DNA of 64,000 nt from NCBI GenBank assembly GCA_020061305.1, contig JAGUYM010000014.1, positions 117,920 to 181,919 on the forward strand, written 5' to 3'. The DNA is from Candidatus Woesebacteria bacterium (GTDB taxonomy: Bacteria; Patescibacteriota; Microgenomatia; UBA8517). Both the position numbers and the translations under genes were made by a program. This document shows, one piece after another, positions 17,644 to 27,347 of the stretch. Every line of letters starts with the position of its first letter. Positions within the stretch are counted from its first letter, which is position 1. The notes under the pieces are model-generated. The model did not search any database. It had not been told where the DNA came from and was given only the letters and a program-made list of their open reading frames with translations.

Positions 17644-19290
17644 ATGTTACGCTTCATAGCTCTTTCAGGAACAATTGGTGTTACCGAGAACTTAAATGTT
17701 TATGAAACAGAAAAAGATTTAATTCTTTTAGACTGCGGTATAGGCTTCCCCGATTTGGAAATGCCCGGGGTTGATCTTGTTATTCCCGATTTTTCATATG
17801 TGGTTAAAAATAAACACAAGCTAAAAGCTATTGTACTTTCTCAAGGTCATGAAGATCATATAGGCTCTTTACCGTTTTTATTTAGGAGTGTTAATGCTCC
17901 CATTTACTGTGCGCCGTTGGTTTCTGAATTTGTAAAACTTAAATTTGATGATTACGGAGTTAAAAATTATACAATAAATGTTTTTAATCCTGAAAACACT
18001 GTGGTCAAAATTGGAGACTTTGCGTTTTATCCCTTTAGAGTCGCCCATTCTGTTCCTGATACCTGTGGATTTTTAGTTGAACACCCGGAAGGTAGATTTA
18101 TGCATGTTCCTGAACACAAAATTGATCAAAAATCAGTTGATGGCATGCCATTTGATTTGATTCGAGCAAGAGAACTTGCCAAAAGAGGTAAAATTGACTG
18201 CCTTATTTCTGATTGCTTGGGAGCAAATAATCCAGGGTTTGCACCAGATTCAGTGGCAATTGAGGAAAATATTTATAAAATTGCCAAGGATGCAAAACAG
18301 GCGATTTACATGACAGCTATGTCATCAGCAATTGGTAGGTTTCAACAAATGATAAATGTTGCGGGTAGGTTAAATAGAAAAGTTGTTTTAATTGGAAGGT
18401 CTATTCAGGAAAAAGTTAATGCTGCACATCTTCTTGGATATATCAAATTTTTACCAAACCAAGTAATTGATTATAAAAAAGCAAGCAAAATGTCTCCGAG
18501 CCATTTAGTTTATATTGTTGCGGGTTGTTATGGTCAGGTAGGAAGTTCTGTTTATAGGATTGCAACGGATGTAGATAATAGATTAACTGTTGTTGAGGGT
18601 GATACATTTGTTTTTTCAGCAAACCCCGCGCCCCCCTATAGTAAAGAAAGTCAGGATTTTGTAATAGATGAATTAGTAGATAAAGGTGTTGATGTTCATT
18701 ACTACGATTTAAACGAAGGGCTTCATGTTTCGGGTCATGGTTACAAAGAAGACATAAAAATGCTTTTTGACATTGCAAAACCCTCATGTTTTATTCCTAC
18801 GGGAGGAACTATAAAACATATGCATTCATATGAAAAATTAGTAATTGAAACTGGGAGGAAAAAAGATCAAGTTTTCAAACTAAAACCAGGTGAATCTGTT
18901 GAATTTACAAATGGTAAAGCAAGAAGGGGTCAAAAGGTAAGGGTTAAAGAAGTAATGGTTCATGGTCTTGGCATTGGAGATATAGGGAAAACTGTATTAG
19001 AACATAGAACTTTACTTGGCAAAGAAGGAATGGTTGTTGTTGCTATCAAGGCGTCAAAAAAAGGAAGGGTTTTGTCAAAACCACAAATTGTTACAAGGGG
19101 ATTTGTTTTTGAGGGAATTTCAAGCGGTCTTTTGAATGATGCGGTTCAAAGACTTTCCAAATATTTAAATACTTTAAGAAATACAGATTCCAAAAAATTA
19201 AAACAAGAGACCATAAAATATCTGGAGGCCCATTTTTATCAAACTACTGGTCGCTCTCCAATGATAATCCCGATTGTGGTTGAAGTATAG
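17644..19290 (+). CDS. rnj: Ribonuclease J (metallo-beta-lactamase/beta-CASP)
   Basis: GVDLVIPD, GHEDHIG, HSVPD, HVSGH, GRSPMIIP. Confidence 0.92.
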   Translation: MLRFIALSGTIGVTENLNVYETEKDLILLDCGIGFPDLEMPGVDLVIPDFSYVVKNKHKLKAIVLSQGHEDHIGSLPFLFRSVNAPIYCAPLVSEFVKLKFDDYGVKNYTINVFNPENTVVKIGDFAFYPFRVAHSVPDTCGFLVEHPEGRFMHVPEHKIDQKSVDGMPFDLIRARELAKRGKIDCLISDCLGANNPGFAPDSVAIEENIYKIAKDAKQAIYMTAMSSAIGRFQQMINVAGRLNRKVVLIGRSIQEKVNAAHLLGYIKFLPNQVIDYKKASKMSPSHLVYIVAGCYGQVGSSVYRIATDVDNRLTVVEGDTFVFSANPAPPYSKESQDFVIDELVDKGVDVHYYDLNEGLHVSGHGYKEDIKMLFDIAKPSCFIPTGGTIKHMHSYEKLVIETGRKKDQVFKLKPGESVEFTNGKARRGQKVRVKEVMVHGLGIGDIGKTVLEHRTLLGKEGMVVVAIKASKKGRVLSKPQIVTRGFVFEGISSGLLNDAVQRLSKYLNTLRNTDSKKLKQETIKYLEAHFYQTTGRSPMIIPIVVEV

Positions 19291-19329
19291 CTTCCTCACC
19301 CCAAGTTTGGTATGATGTACATATTACAT

Positions 19330-21426
19330 ATGGCCAAGAAATATAAAAAGAGAAAAGTAGATAAAAGAGCTTTTAAATTAAAACTTAAACCACAGACTTA
19401 CGCTTCTGTTGCACAGATTGTCTTTTTTGCAATTGCAATTTTAATCGTCATTTCTTTTTCGAGAAATGGTCTTGTTCTTATTAAATTAAATGATTTTATG
19501 GTCAATATTTTTGGTTGGGCTACTATATTCTTGCCTTTTATTTTTTTATCCTTTGCCTTTGTGGTAAGCAGGATTAAACTCCCCATTTCTCAGCCAAATG
19601 TAATAGTTGGTTCAATTTTATTATTTTTGTCTTTAGCCGCTGTTGGAAAATCTGGGAATTTAGGCCTTTTATTTTGGGATGGGATCTCAACTTTAATAAC
19701 ACCAATAGGGGCTTATGTTATTTTAATCGGCCTTTGTCTTACTGGACTTATCGTTATGTTTAACACCTCATTCGATCAGGTTTTTAAATTTGTGAAATCT
19801 GCTTTTAGAGTGGTTTCTTTTTATGTTCTTGGTCAAAAATCGGCAGGTGGTGGGAGGATCTCACCTAAAAAGGATTTCAAAATATCCGGTTCGGGTGTTA
19901 ATCCTACCCCAGCTATTAATAGCATCCAAGATGCTTCAAAGGCAAAAGAGGAAAATTTTGAAGAAAAATTAGTAAGTAATATTAAAGGAGACGATCAAAT
20001 ATGGAAATACCCAACACCTGATATTTTTTCGGATGATGCTTTGGGTAGGGTTGATAGGGGGGATATTAATGGTAATGCCGATATTATTGAAAAAACACTT
20101 GAATCATTTGGGATAACTGCAAAAGTTGTCGAAGTTAATCTTGGCCCTGCAGTTACCCAATACGCAATTGAGGTGGCTTTGGGCACAAAACTTAGTAAAA
20201 TTACAGCCCTTGAAAGAGATTTGGCTCTTGCCCTTTCTGCTCCGACTGGTGCAATAAGAATTGAGGCTCCAATTCCGGGAAGAAATTTAGTTGGGATTGA
20301 ACTTCCAAACAGGTCTCCTGAATTTGTACCAATTAAAAGAGTCTTAGAATCAGAAGAAATGTCTTCTAGAAAATCTAAACTTGCTGTAGCTTTGGGGCTT
20401 GATGTTTCTGGTAAACCTGTTGTTGCCGATATTTCTAAAATGCCTCACCTTTTGGTTGCTGGCCAGACTGGGTCAGGAAAATCGGTTGCCATAAATACAT
20501 TTTTAGCTTCGATTTTATATAGAAGTAGTCCGTCTGAAGTTAAATTTATTATGGTTGACCCCAAAAGAGTTGAGCTAACAGGATACAATGATATCCCACA
20601 TTTATTATCACCTGTAATTGTAGAAAATGACAAAGTTTTATCTGCTCTAAAATGGTTGACAAGGGAAATGGATAGAAGATATGAACTTTTTTCTAAAGCT
20701 GGCGCAAGAAACATTGAGAGTTATAATGAAATGAGTGGCTTTCAGGCTCTTCCTTATATAGTCTTATTTATTGATGAGCTTGCCGACATAATGTTGCTTT
20801 CCCCAGTTGAAGTTGAGGAGGCAATTACAAGACTTGCACAAATGAGTAGAGCTGTTGGAATCCACATGGTACTTGCTACCCAAAGGCCATCGGTAAATGT
20901 TATAACAGGGCTAATCAAGGCCAATATTCCTGCAAGAATTGCTTTTGCGGTATCGTCTTTAATTGATTCAAGGGTTATATTGGATACTCAAGGGGCCGAA
21001 AAGCTTTTGGGTAGAGGTGACATGCTTTATCTTCCTCCTGATCAGGCAAAACCAACTCGTATCCAAGGTGCTTTTGTATCTGATACCGAAATTAAAGGGC
21101 TCCTAAATTTTATTAGAAATCAGGGAGTTCCTGTTCAATATACAGAAGAAGTAACAACTCTTACCAAATCAGGTAAGGTGCCCGTTCCTGGGGTAACAGG
21201 AGATACAGATAATATGTTTGCCGATGCTGTAAAGATTGTTTGCCAATATGATAGAGCCTCTGCATCACTTTTACAAAGGAGGCTTTCGATGGGCTATGCC
21301 AGAGCCGCAAGGGTGATTGACCAACTTGAAGCTGCAGGTGTGATTGGACCATCTGACGGGACATCAAAACCCAGAGATGTTTTGATTAAGGATGCGGAAG
21401 AGTTCCTATCCTCAATTTCAAAATAA
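19330..21426 (+). CDS. ftsK: DNA translocase FtsK/SpoIIIE
   Basis: N-terminal TMs, PHLLVAGQTGSGKS, LATQRPS, gamma domain SASLLQRRL. Confidence 0.97.
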   Translation: MAKKYKKRKVDKRAFKLKLKPQTYASVAQIVFFAIAILIVISFSRNGLVLIKLNDFMVNIFGWATIFLPFIFLSFAFVVSRIKLPISQPNVIVGSILLFLSLAAVGKSGNLGLLFWDGISTLITPIGAYVILIGLCLTGLIVMFNTSFDQVFKFVKSAFRVVSFYVLGQKSAGGGRISPKKDFKISGSGVNPTPAINSIQDASKAKEENFEEKLVSNIKGDDQIWKYPTPDIFSDDALGRVDRGDINGNADIIEKTLESFGITAKVVEVNLGPAVTQYAIEVALGTKLSKITALERDLALALSAPTGAIRIEAPIPGRNLVGIELPNRSPEFVPIKRVLESEEMSSRKSKLAVALGLDVSGKPVVADISKMPHLLVAGQTGSGKSVAINTFLASILYRSSPSEVKFIMVDPKRVELTGYNDIPHLLSPVIVENDKVLSALKWLTREMDRRYELFSKAGARNIESYNEMSGFQALPYIVLFIDELADIMLLSPVEVEEAITRLAQMSRAVGIHMVLATQRPSVNVITGLIKANIPARIAFAVSSLIDSRVILDTQGAEKLLGRGDMLYLPPDQAKPTRIQGAFVSDTEIKGLLNFIRNQGVPVQYTEEVTTLTKSGKVPVPGVTGDTDNMFADAVKIVCQYDRASASLLQRRLSMGYARAARVIDQLEAAGVIGPSDGTSKPRDVLIKDAEEFLSSISK

Positions 21427-21443
21427 CATTAAAACAAAATTAT

Positions 21444-22070
21444 ATGCTTACTATTGGAGAATATTTAAAAAGCAGGCGCCTTGAGAGAAAGATTACTCTT
21501 AATTTTTTAGAAAAAGAAACAAAAATAAAAAAAGAATTTTTACAGGCAATAGAGAATAATTTATGGGATAAATTGCCCGAATTTCCAGTTGTTTCTGGAT
21601 TTGTTAAAAATATTAGTCTAATTTTAAAAATCGACCCAAATACGGCAAACGCGATACTAAGAAGAGATTATCCCCCCAAAAAATTAACAGTTAATCCCAA
21701 ACCTGATATAAAAACAAAAATTTTGTGGTCTCCTAAATTTTCGTTTGTTTTTGGAGTGGTGGCATTTTTATTTGTCGTGCTTTCATATCTGGGATATGAA
21801 TATTCAAAGTTTGTGAAGCCGCCAATTTTAGAAATTTTTGAGCCTAAAGAAAATCAAGTGCTAATTGAAAAAAAGATAAGAGTAGAAGGTAAAACCACCA
21901 CAGATGCAACCATTTTTGTCAACAATCAGCAGGCGATAGTTGACAAAAATGGAAATTTTGAGACAGTAATTGAAATTGATAAAAACACAAAAGAACTTAA
22001 ATTTATTGCAACTTCTCGTTCAGGCAAAAAAACAGAGATTGTCAGACGGGTGTCGGTGGATATAGACTAG
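21444..22070 (+). CDS. RodZ-like HTH-TM protein with a C-terminal Ig-like domain
   Basis: TIGEYLKSRR...ETKIKKEFLQAIE...GFVKN RodZ-type HTH, one TM; downstream of ftsK. Confidence 0.8.
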   Translation: MLTIGEYLKSRRLERKITLNFLEKETKIKKEFLQAIENNLWDKLPEFPVVSGFVKNISLILKIDPNTANAILRRDYPPKKLTVNPKPDIKTKILWSPKFSFVFGVVAFLFVVLSYLGYEYSKFVKPPILEIFEPKENQVLIEKKIRVEGKTTTDATIFVNNQQAIVDKNGNFETVIEIDKNTKELKFIATSRSGKKTEIVRRVSVDID

Positions 22071-22073
22071 TTT

Positions 22074-22310
22074 ATGGATTCAGTACAAAGATTATTAATT
22101 ATCGTTGTTATTAGTTTAACTGTTCTTCTTGTGATAGTTGGAATTCAGGTGGTTTTTATAATTTTAGACCTTAGAAAAGCCATTAAAAGGCTGAACTCAA
22201 TTTTAGAAGATGCAATTTTGGGAGGTGGGTTAATTAGACCTGAGAAATTAACGGGTATTATGGAACTTTTCAAAAAAAACAAAATCACCACAACCCACGG
22301 GCAGGAATAG
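22074..22310 (+). CDS. Small membrane protein
   Basis: 78 aa, N-terminal TM then a coiled-coil-like helix; tight spacing. Confidence 0.75.
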   Translation: MDSVQRLLIIVVISLTVLLVIVGIQVVFIILDLRKAIKRLNSILEDAILGGGLIRPEKLTGIMELFKKNKITTTHGQE

Positions 22311-22325
22311 TGTATAATTAGCCTC

Positions 22326-24026
22326 ATGATTACTAGTGATCAGGTTAGAGAAAAGTATTTAAAGTTTTTTGAAAAGAGGGGGCATAAGATTATTAACCCT
22401 GCTCCATTAGTTCTTGAAAATGATCCAACCACACTGTTTACAAGTTCTGGCATGCAACCGCTTGTCCCCTACCTAATGGGAGAACCTCATAACGACGGGA
22501 AAAGGTTAGTTGATAGCCAACCCGCAATAAGACTTCAGGACATTGATGAAGTTGGTGACAATCGCCACACAACATATTTTAAAATGCTGGGTAATTGGAG
22601 TTTGGGTGATTATTTTAAAAAAGAACAACTTTCATGGATTTGGGAATTTTTAACTAAGGAATTAAGATTGCCAAAAGAAAAATTATATGTTTCTGTTTTT
22701 GAGGGTGATGGTTTGGTTCCTAAAGATTTAGAATCTAAAAGAATATGGCTTGATTTGGGAGTTGGTGAAAATCAAATTTTTGAGTATGGAGTAAAAAAGA
22801 ACTGGTGGAGTAGAAGTGGGACTCCTTCCCAAATGCCAGTTGGTGAAATTGGAGGGCCAGATAGTGAAATATTTTTTGATTTTGGTGATGACTTAAAACT
22901 TCATGAAAATTCGCAGTGGAAAGATGAAGTTTGCCACCCAAATTGTGACTGTGGTAGATTTTTAGAGATTGGTAATTCAGTTTTTATCCAATATAAAAAA
23001 ACTGACATGGGATTGGAAGAACTTCCCCAGAGAAATGTTGATTTTGGAGGTGGACTTGAAAGAATAACTGCAGCTTTAAACAACGATCCTGATATGTTTA
23101 AAACTGATATCTACTGGCCAACAATTGAAAAATTAGAAAAAATAACTGGCAAACAGTATGATGATCAGAGAAAAAATTTCAGAATAATTGCAGATCACTT
23201 GAGAGCTTCAGAAGCTTTAATTAAAGACGGACTGGTGCCTTCAAATAAAATGCATGGTTATGTTTTAAGAAGACTAATTAGAAGAATTGCAACAAAAATA
23301 GATGACTTTGAAAAAATAACTGACAATAGAGTAATTATAGAAGAACTTAAGAAATTTAAAGTAAGTTTAGATAAAGGACTAAAAGAAATTTCAAAAGTTG
23401 AAAAAATCACAGGTAAGATTGCATTTAATTTATACCAGTCATATGGTTTTCCGCTTGAACTGACAGTTGAACTTTTCAGAGAAAAAGGCCAAGAAGTCAA
23501 TTTAGAAGAATTTAGAAAAGAATTTGAAGGGCACAAAGAAAAATCCCGCTCGCTTTCATCTGGGGTATTTAAAGGTGGGCTTGCTGATCATTCTCCAGAA
23601 GTAGTTAAATTACATACCGCTACACATTTACTTTTGGCCTCTTTAAGAAAAGTATTAGGTCCTCATGTTATACAAAAGGGACAAAATATAATCAAAGAGA
23701 GGTGTAGATTTGACTTTCCTCACACGCAAAAGTTAGATCAAGTTCAGCTTAAAGAAGTTGAGGATATGGTAAACAATGTTATTAAAAGGGGTCTACCAGT
23801 CAGTTATAAAGTAATGCCTAAAGATGAAGCTATTAAAACCGGTGCTATCCATGCTTTTAACGAAAAATATGCTGATACGGTAAAGGTTTATACTATTGGT
23901 GATTTCAGTAACGAATTTTGCGGTGGGCCGCATGTTGAAAATACAAAAGAGATTGGTCATGTTACAATTAAGAAGCAAGAGAAAATAGGTAGTGGAATAA
24001 TTAGAATTTATGCTGTCCTTACTTAA
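22326..24026 (+). CDS. alaS: Alanine--tRNA ligase, short form (no C-Ala domain)
   Basis: LFTSSGMQP, MLGNWSLGDYFK, DFGGGLER, editing motifs HTATH and CGGPH. Confidence 0.97.
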   Translation: MITSDQVREKYLKFFEKRGHKIINPAPLVLENDPTTLFTSSGMQPLVPYLMGEPHNDGKRLVDSQPAIRLQDIDEVGDNRHTTYFKMLGNWSLGDYFKKEQLSWIWEFLTKELRLPKEKLYVSVFEGDGLVPKDLESKRIWLDLGVGENQIFEYGVKKNWWSRSGTPSQMPVGEIGGPDSEIFFDFGDDLKLHENSQWKDEVCHPNCDCGRFLEIGNSVFIQYKKTDMGLEELPQRNVDFGGGLERITAALNNDPDMFKTDIYWPTIEKLEKITGKQYDDQRKNFRIIADHLRASEALIKDGLVPSNKMHGYVLRRLIRRIATKIDDFEKITDNRVIIEELKKFKVSLDKGLKEISKVEKITGKIAFNLYQSYGFPLELTVELFREKGQEVNLEEFRKEFEGHKEKSRSLSSGVFKGGLADHSPEVVKLHTATHLLLASLRKVLGPHVIQKGQNIIKERCRFDFPHTQKLDQVQLKEVEDMVNNVIKRGLPVSYKVMPKDEAIKTGAIHAFNEKYADTVKVYTIGDFSNEFCGGPHVENTKEIGHVTIKKQEKIGSGIIRIYAVLT

Positions 24027-26025
24027 CAAAAAGCCAGAAAAAAAAGAAAATTATTGGGCCATCTTGATTGAAAGTAATTGGGTGGCTTCTGCAATATGGG
24101 AAATTGAAAACGGAATTGTAAAAACTATAGCTGTTTCTGAAACAGTAAGATTTGAAGACAATCTCGTTCAGGCCGTTGATACAGCGCTTTCTAGTTGCGT
24201 ACAAAAAATTGACGAAAAGATTCCCGAACCTGAAAAAACGGTTTTTGGACTTCCATCTTCATGGACTACAAACGGCGAAATTACCAGCGAAAATTTAGAA
24301 AAGTTAAAAAAGGTCTGCGAGGGTTTGTCGCTTGTGCCATCAGGGTTTGTGGTTTTAGCTGATGCTCTTGCCCACTATCTTAAAAATGAAGAGCAAGTTC
24401 CATTTAGCGGAGCACTTTTAGGAATTAGTGATGACACTTTAGATTTCTCGATTTTTAACCTGGGTAAGGTCACTAATTCTACAAATATTTCAAGAAGCGT
24501 GTCAGTTGCTGACGATTTAGTTGAAGGGTTGTCTAGATTTGGTCTTGATTCATCAAATCTACCATCGAGAATTATTTTATATAACCAAAAAGAAACAGAA
24601 CTCGAGGAGATTCAAAACGAACTTAATAGTTCTGATTGGCAAAATTTTGATACTGTTAAATTTATTCATCCCCCCAAAATTGAGATCTTAAACTCTGAAA
24701 AAAAGATACTTGCAGTTTGTCTTGCGGGGGGTGTTGAGTTGGGAGATGTTTCAGGCATTGAAACAGAAAATGCAGTTGAAGAGGATATAAATATAGCTCC
24801 TCCTGACACATCCATCGCCAAAGACTTGGGCTTCGAAGAAATTGAGGTTGGTCAAAAATCTAAAATTGAATTGTCAAAAATAAATGTTCCAAAGATTAAC
24901 ATGCCGAAGATAAATTTTAAATTACCACGGTTAAATGGTAAACCCGTAGTTATAGGCGTGGTATCCTTTGCCACCTTTTTAACTGCCGGTTTTATAATGT
25001 GGTGGTTTTTGCCAAAAGCTGGTGTTACGGTCTATGTTTTACCCAAAAAATTAGAAGAAATGATATCTATTGATTTATCAAAAGACTTAGAAAGTAAAGA
25101 AATAAATGTTAGTGTTGAAGGAGAAAAAACAAAATCTACAACAGGTATAAAAACTGTAGGTGAAAAAGCAAAGGGAAAAGTTGAAATAAGAAATTCTATG
25201 GGTATTCCCGTTGACTTGCCTTCTGGAACTGTTTTGACATCGTCCTCAAATTTAAAATTCACAACAGCTCAATCAAGCTCCGTTTCTGGCCAAGTTTTGG
25301 TCGGGTCTCCTGGTAAATCCGAAGTTGATGTTGAGGCGTCGTCAATTGGTTCGGAATATAATTTATCAAAAGATGAGGTTTTTAAGGTCGGAAGTTACCC
25401 CCAGTATGAATTGGCGGCATTTTCATTGGATAATTTTTCAGGTGGAACAAGCAGGCAAATATCTGCGGTATCTGAAGAAGACAGAGAGGTGTTATTAAAA
25501 CAGTTGGAGGACGAATTGATGGACTTGGCAAAAGAAAAATTAAAAGAAAGATTGAATTCAAAGGAAATGATGGTTGAATCTACACTAACTAAAGAAAATA
25601 TAAATGAAGGCTTCAGCAACAAAGTGGGAGACGAGGCAACGAGTTTGAGATTGTCGTTAAAGTTTGAAGTCAAAGTAAAAATTGTATCATCTGAAAAACT
25701 AGCCGAAATTGCTAAAAACACTTTAGAAATGAAAATACCCGAAGGCTTTATATTAAGAAATGATCAAATATCATACGATTTTGAAGGACTGGAAAAAGAT
25801 AGTAGATTAGAAGCGAGAGTTTCAGCCAATCTTTTACCTGATATTGATACATCTGAAATTGCAAAAAAAATTTCCGGAAAATATCCAGAGATTGCCGAAG
25901 AATATTTAAAAAGCGTGCCGGGGTATGTAAGGGCACAGTTTAGGTTTAAACCACTACCTGGAAAACTTGGAACACTTCCCCATGTTCCAAAAAATATTTC
26001 AGTTGGGTTATCTGCTGAGAAGTGA
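24010..26025 (+). CDS. Membrane protein: FtsA/PilM-like N-terminal region, TM, baseplate-J/gp47-like C-terminal region
   Basis: TVFGLPSSW; KINxP linker repeats; single TM; VGEKAKGKVEIRN...LPSGTVL...IGSEYNL...FSGGTSR baseplate-J-like pattern. Confidence 0.6.
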   Translation: MLSLLNKKPEKKENYWAILIESNWVASAIWEIENGIVKTIAVSETVRFEDNLVQAVDTALSSCVQKIDEKIPEPEKTVFGLPSSWTTNGEITSENLEKLKKVCEGLSLVPSGFVVLADALAHYLKNEEQVPFSGALLGISDDTLDFSIFNLGKVTNSTNISRSVSVADDLVEGLSRFGLDSSNLPSRIILYNQKETELEEIQNELNSSDWQNFDTVKFIHPPKIEILNSEKKILAVCLAGGVELGDVSGIETENAVEEDINIAPPDTSIAKDLGFEEIEVGQKSKIELSKINVPKINMPKINFKLPRLNGKPVVIGVVSFATFLTAGFIMWWFLPKAGVTVYVLPKKLEEMISIDLSKDLESKEINVSVEGEKTKSTTGIKTVGEKAKGKVEIRNSMGIPVDLPSGTVLTSSSNLKFTTAQSSSVSGQVLVGSPGKSEVDVEASSIGSEYNLSKDEVFKVGSYPQYELAAFSLDNFSGGTSRQISAVSEEDREVLLKQLEDELMDLAKEKLKERLNSKEMMVESTLTKENINEGFSNKVGDEATSLRLSLKFEVKVKIVSSEKLAEIAKNTLEMKIPEGFILRNDQISYDFEGLEKDSRLEARVSANLLPDIDTSEIAKKISGKYPEIAEEYLKSVPGYVRAQFRFKPLPGKLGTLPHVPKNISVGLSAEK

Positions 26026-26027
26026 TA

Positions 26028-26663
26028 ATGATTAAAAGAAAAATCATAAGAATTGCGGCCACAATTTCAGCCCTTTCGGGCATTGTCATTATTGTTTCAA
26101 CAATTTGGCCGATAATAGAATACCAATTAACGGATGCTAATGCGTATTCTACTTTAATCTCCCCTCTTTCAAACGATTCAGATTATACTAAGGCCTCAAC
26201 TTGGTTTCCAAGTGCCCCTAATAATGATAAATTTAATGAAACAAAAGTCTCTTTTTATACAATATCAATACCTAAACTTAAAATAGATAAAGCAACTGTT
26301 GCCATAGGAGGCGAGGATTTGTCAAAAAGTTTAGTACAGTATCCTGGAACGGCACTTCCTGGTAAAAATGGTAATGCGGTAATTTTTGGTCATTCAATAC
26401 TTCCTATTTTTTATAACCCTAAAAATTATATGGCAATTTTTTCAACATTACCGACTCTTAAAAAAGGAGATGATATTTTTATAAATTTTGACGGAATAGA
26501 ATATAAGTTCAAAGTTGAGGAGATGGTTGAAATATATCCGTCTGATATACAAATTCTGGAACAAAATTTATCGGACTCTTTTATAACCCTTGTAACTTGT
26601 GTTCCGCCAGGTGACCCTCGAAATCCCAAAAGGTTATTAGTAAAAGCAAGGGTGGTAACATGA
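26028..26663 (+). CDS. Sortase (class D/E-like)
   Basis: N-terminal TM; ISIPKLKID, GNAVIFGHS (His), ITLVTC (Cys), KRLLVKA (Arg). Confidence 0.93.
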   Translation: MIKRKIIRIAATISALSGIVIIVSTIWPIIEYQLTDANAYSTLISPLSNDSDYTKASTWFPSAPNNDKFNETKVSFYTISIPKLKIDKATVAIGGEDLSKSLVQYPGTALPGKNGNAVIFGHSILPIFYNPKNYMAIFSTLPTLKKGDDIFINFDGIEYKFKVEEMVEIYPSDIQILEQNLSDSFITLVTCVPPGDPRNPKRLLVKARVVT

Positions 26664-26667
26664 GTAT

Positions 26668-27054
26668 ATGAAATACTTAGGCATTGATTATGGAAGGAAA
26701 AAAGTAGGTCTTGCAATTTCTGATGGGAAATTGGCGGACCCCCTGAAAGTGATTAGATATAAAGATATAAATTGGTTAGTAGAACAAGTAGGACAAATAG
26801 TAGAAACAGAACAGGTGGGACAGGTGGTAGTGGGAGTGTCAGAAGGTAAAATGGCAGATGAAATTAAAAATTTTGTTTTGACTCTTTCCTTGTCACTCTC
26901 TCATGTTTCCTGTGTATTGTTTGATGAAACATTAACCTCACAAGACGCAATTAATTTTTCAATTCAAGGTGGAATAAAAAGAAAGAAAAGAAAGAAAATG
27001 GAAGATGCTTATGCAGCAACAATAATGCTTCAAAATTATTTAGATTCAAAATAG
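26668..27054 (+). CDS. ruvX: YqgF/RuvX pre-16S rRNA nuclease
   Basis: GIDYGRKKVGLAISD, DETLTS, DAYAATIMLQNYL. Confidence 0.93.
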   Translation: MKYLGIDYGRKKVGLAISDGKLADPLKVIRYKDINWLVEQVGQIVETEQVGQVVVGVSEGKMADEIKNFVLTLSLSLSHVSCVLFDETLTSQDAINFSIQGGIKRKKRKKMEDAYAATIMLQNYLDSK

Positions 27055-27065
27055 TCTTTTCCCAA

Positions 27066-27092
27066 TTGACTACGCATTTTTCATGGTATAAT
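27066..27092 (+). promoter_or_regulatory. Extended -10 promoter (leaderless-type) of the small Zn-ribbon gene
   Basis: TTGACT...TGGTATAAT (15-bp spacer), 8 nt before ATG 27101. Confidence 0.6.
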
Positions 27093-27100
27093 TTACTAAG

Positions 27101-27301
27101 ATGTTTAAAAATGTGATAGCACCCATACAAGCATGGCTTTTGTCGCAGGGCAAATGTGTGGGTTGTGGCATGCCCCTTTCCAAAGCTAAATCTACCCCAT
27201 ATAAGGGTAATAACAAGATGGTTACTTGTAAATGTAATCGTATGTATGTATTAGACACCAAGGCCAATAAATACAGAAGAGCGCTTTTGAGTGAGATATG
27301 A
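27101..27301 (+). CDS. Small putative zinc-ribbon protein
   Basis: 66 aa with CVGC and CKC; has its own promoter. Confidence 0.75.
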   Translation: MFKNVIAPIQAWLLSQGKCVGCGMPLSKAKSTPYKGNNKMVTCKCNRMYVLDTKANKYRRALLSEI

Positions 27302-27307
27302 TCTCAC

Positions 27308-27332
27308 AAATCCTAATTCCTAATCAGATTCT
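27308..27332. repeat. 7-mer repeat upstream of mltG (inverse orientation)
   Basis: Minus strand reads agaatct-gatt-aggaatt aggattt. Confidence 0.55.
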
Positions 27333-27347
27333 AATAAACAATTATCA

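Noticed and set aside
24010-26025. Prophage suggested by the baseplate-J-like domain
   Set aside because: No integrase, capsid, tail or terminase genes nearby; the gene is embedded in a housekeeping operon.
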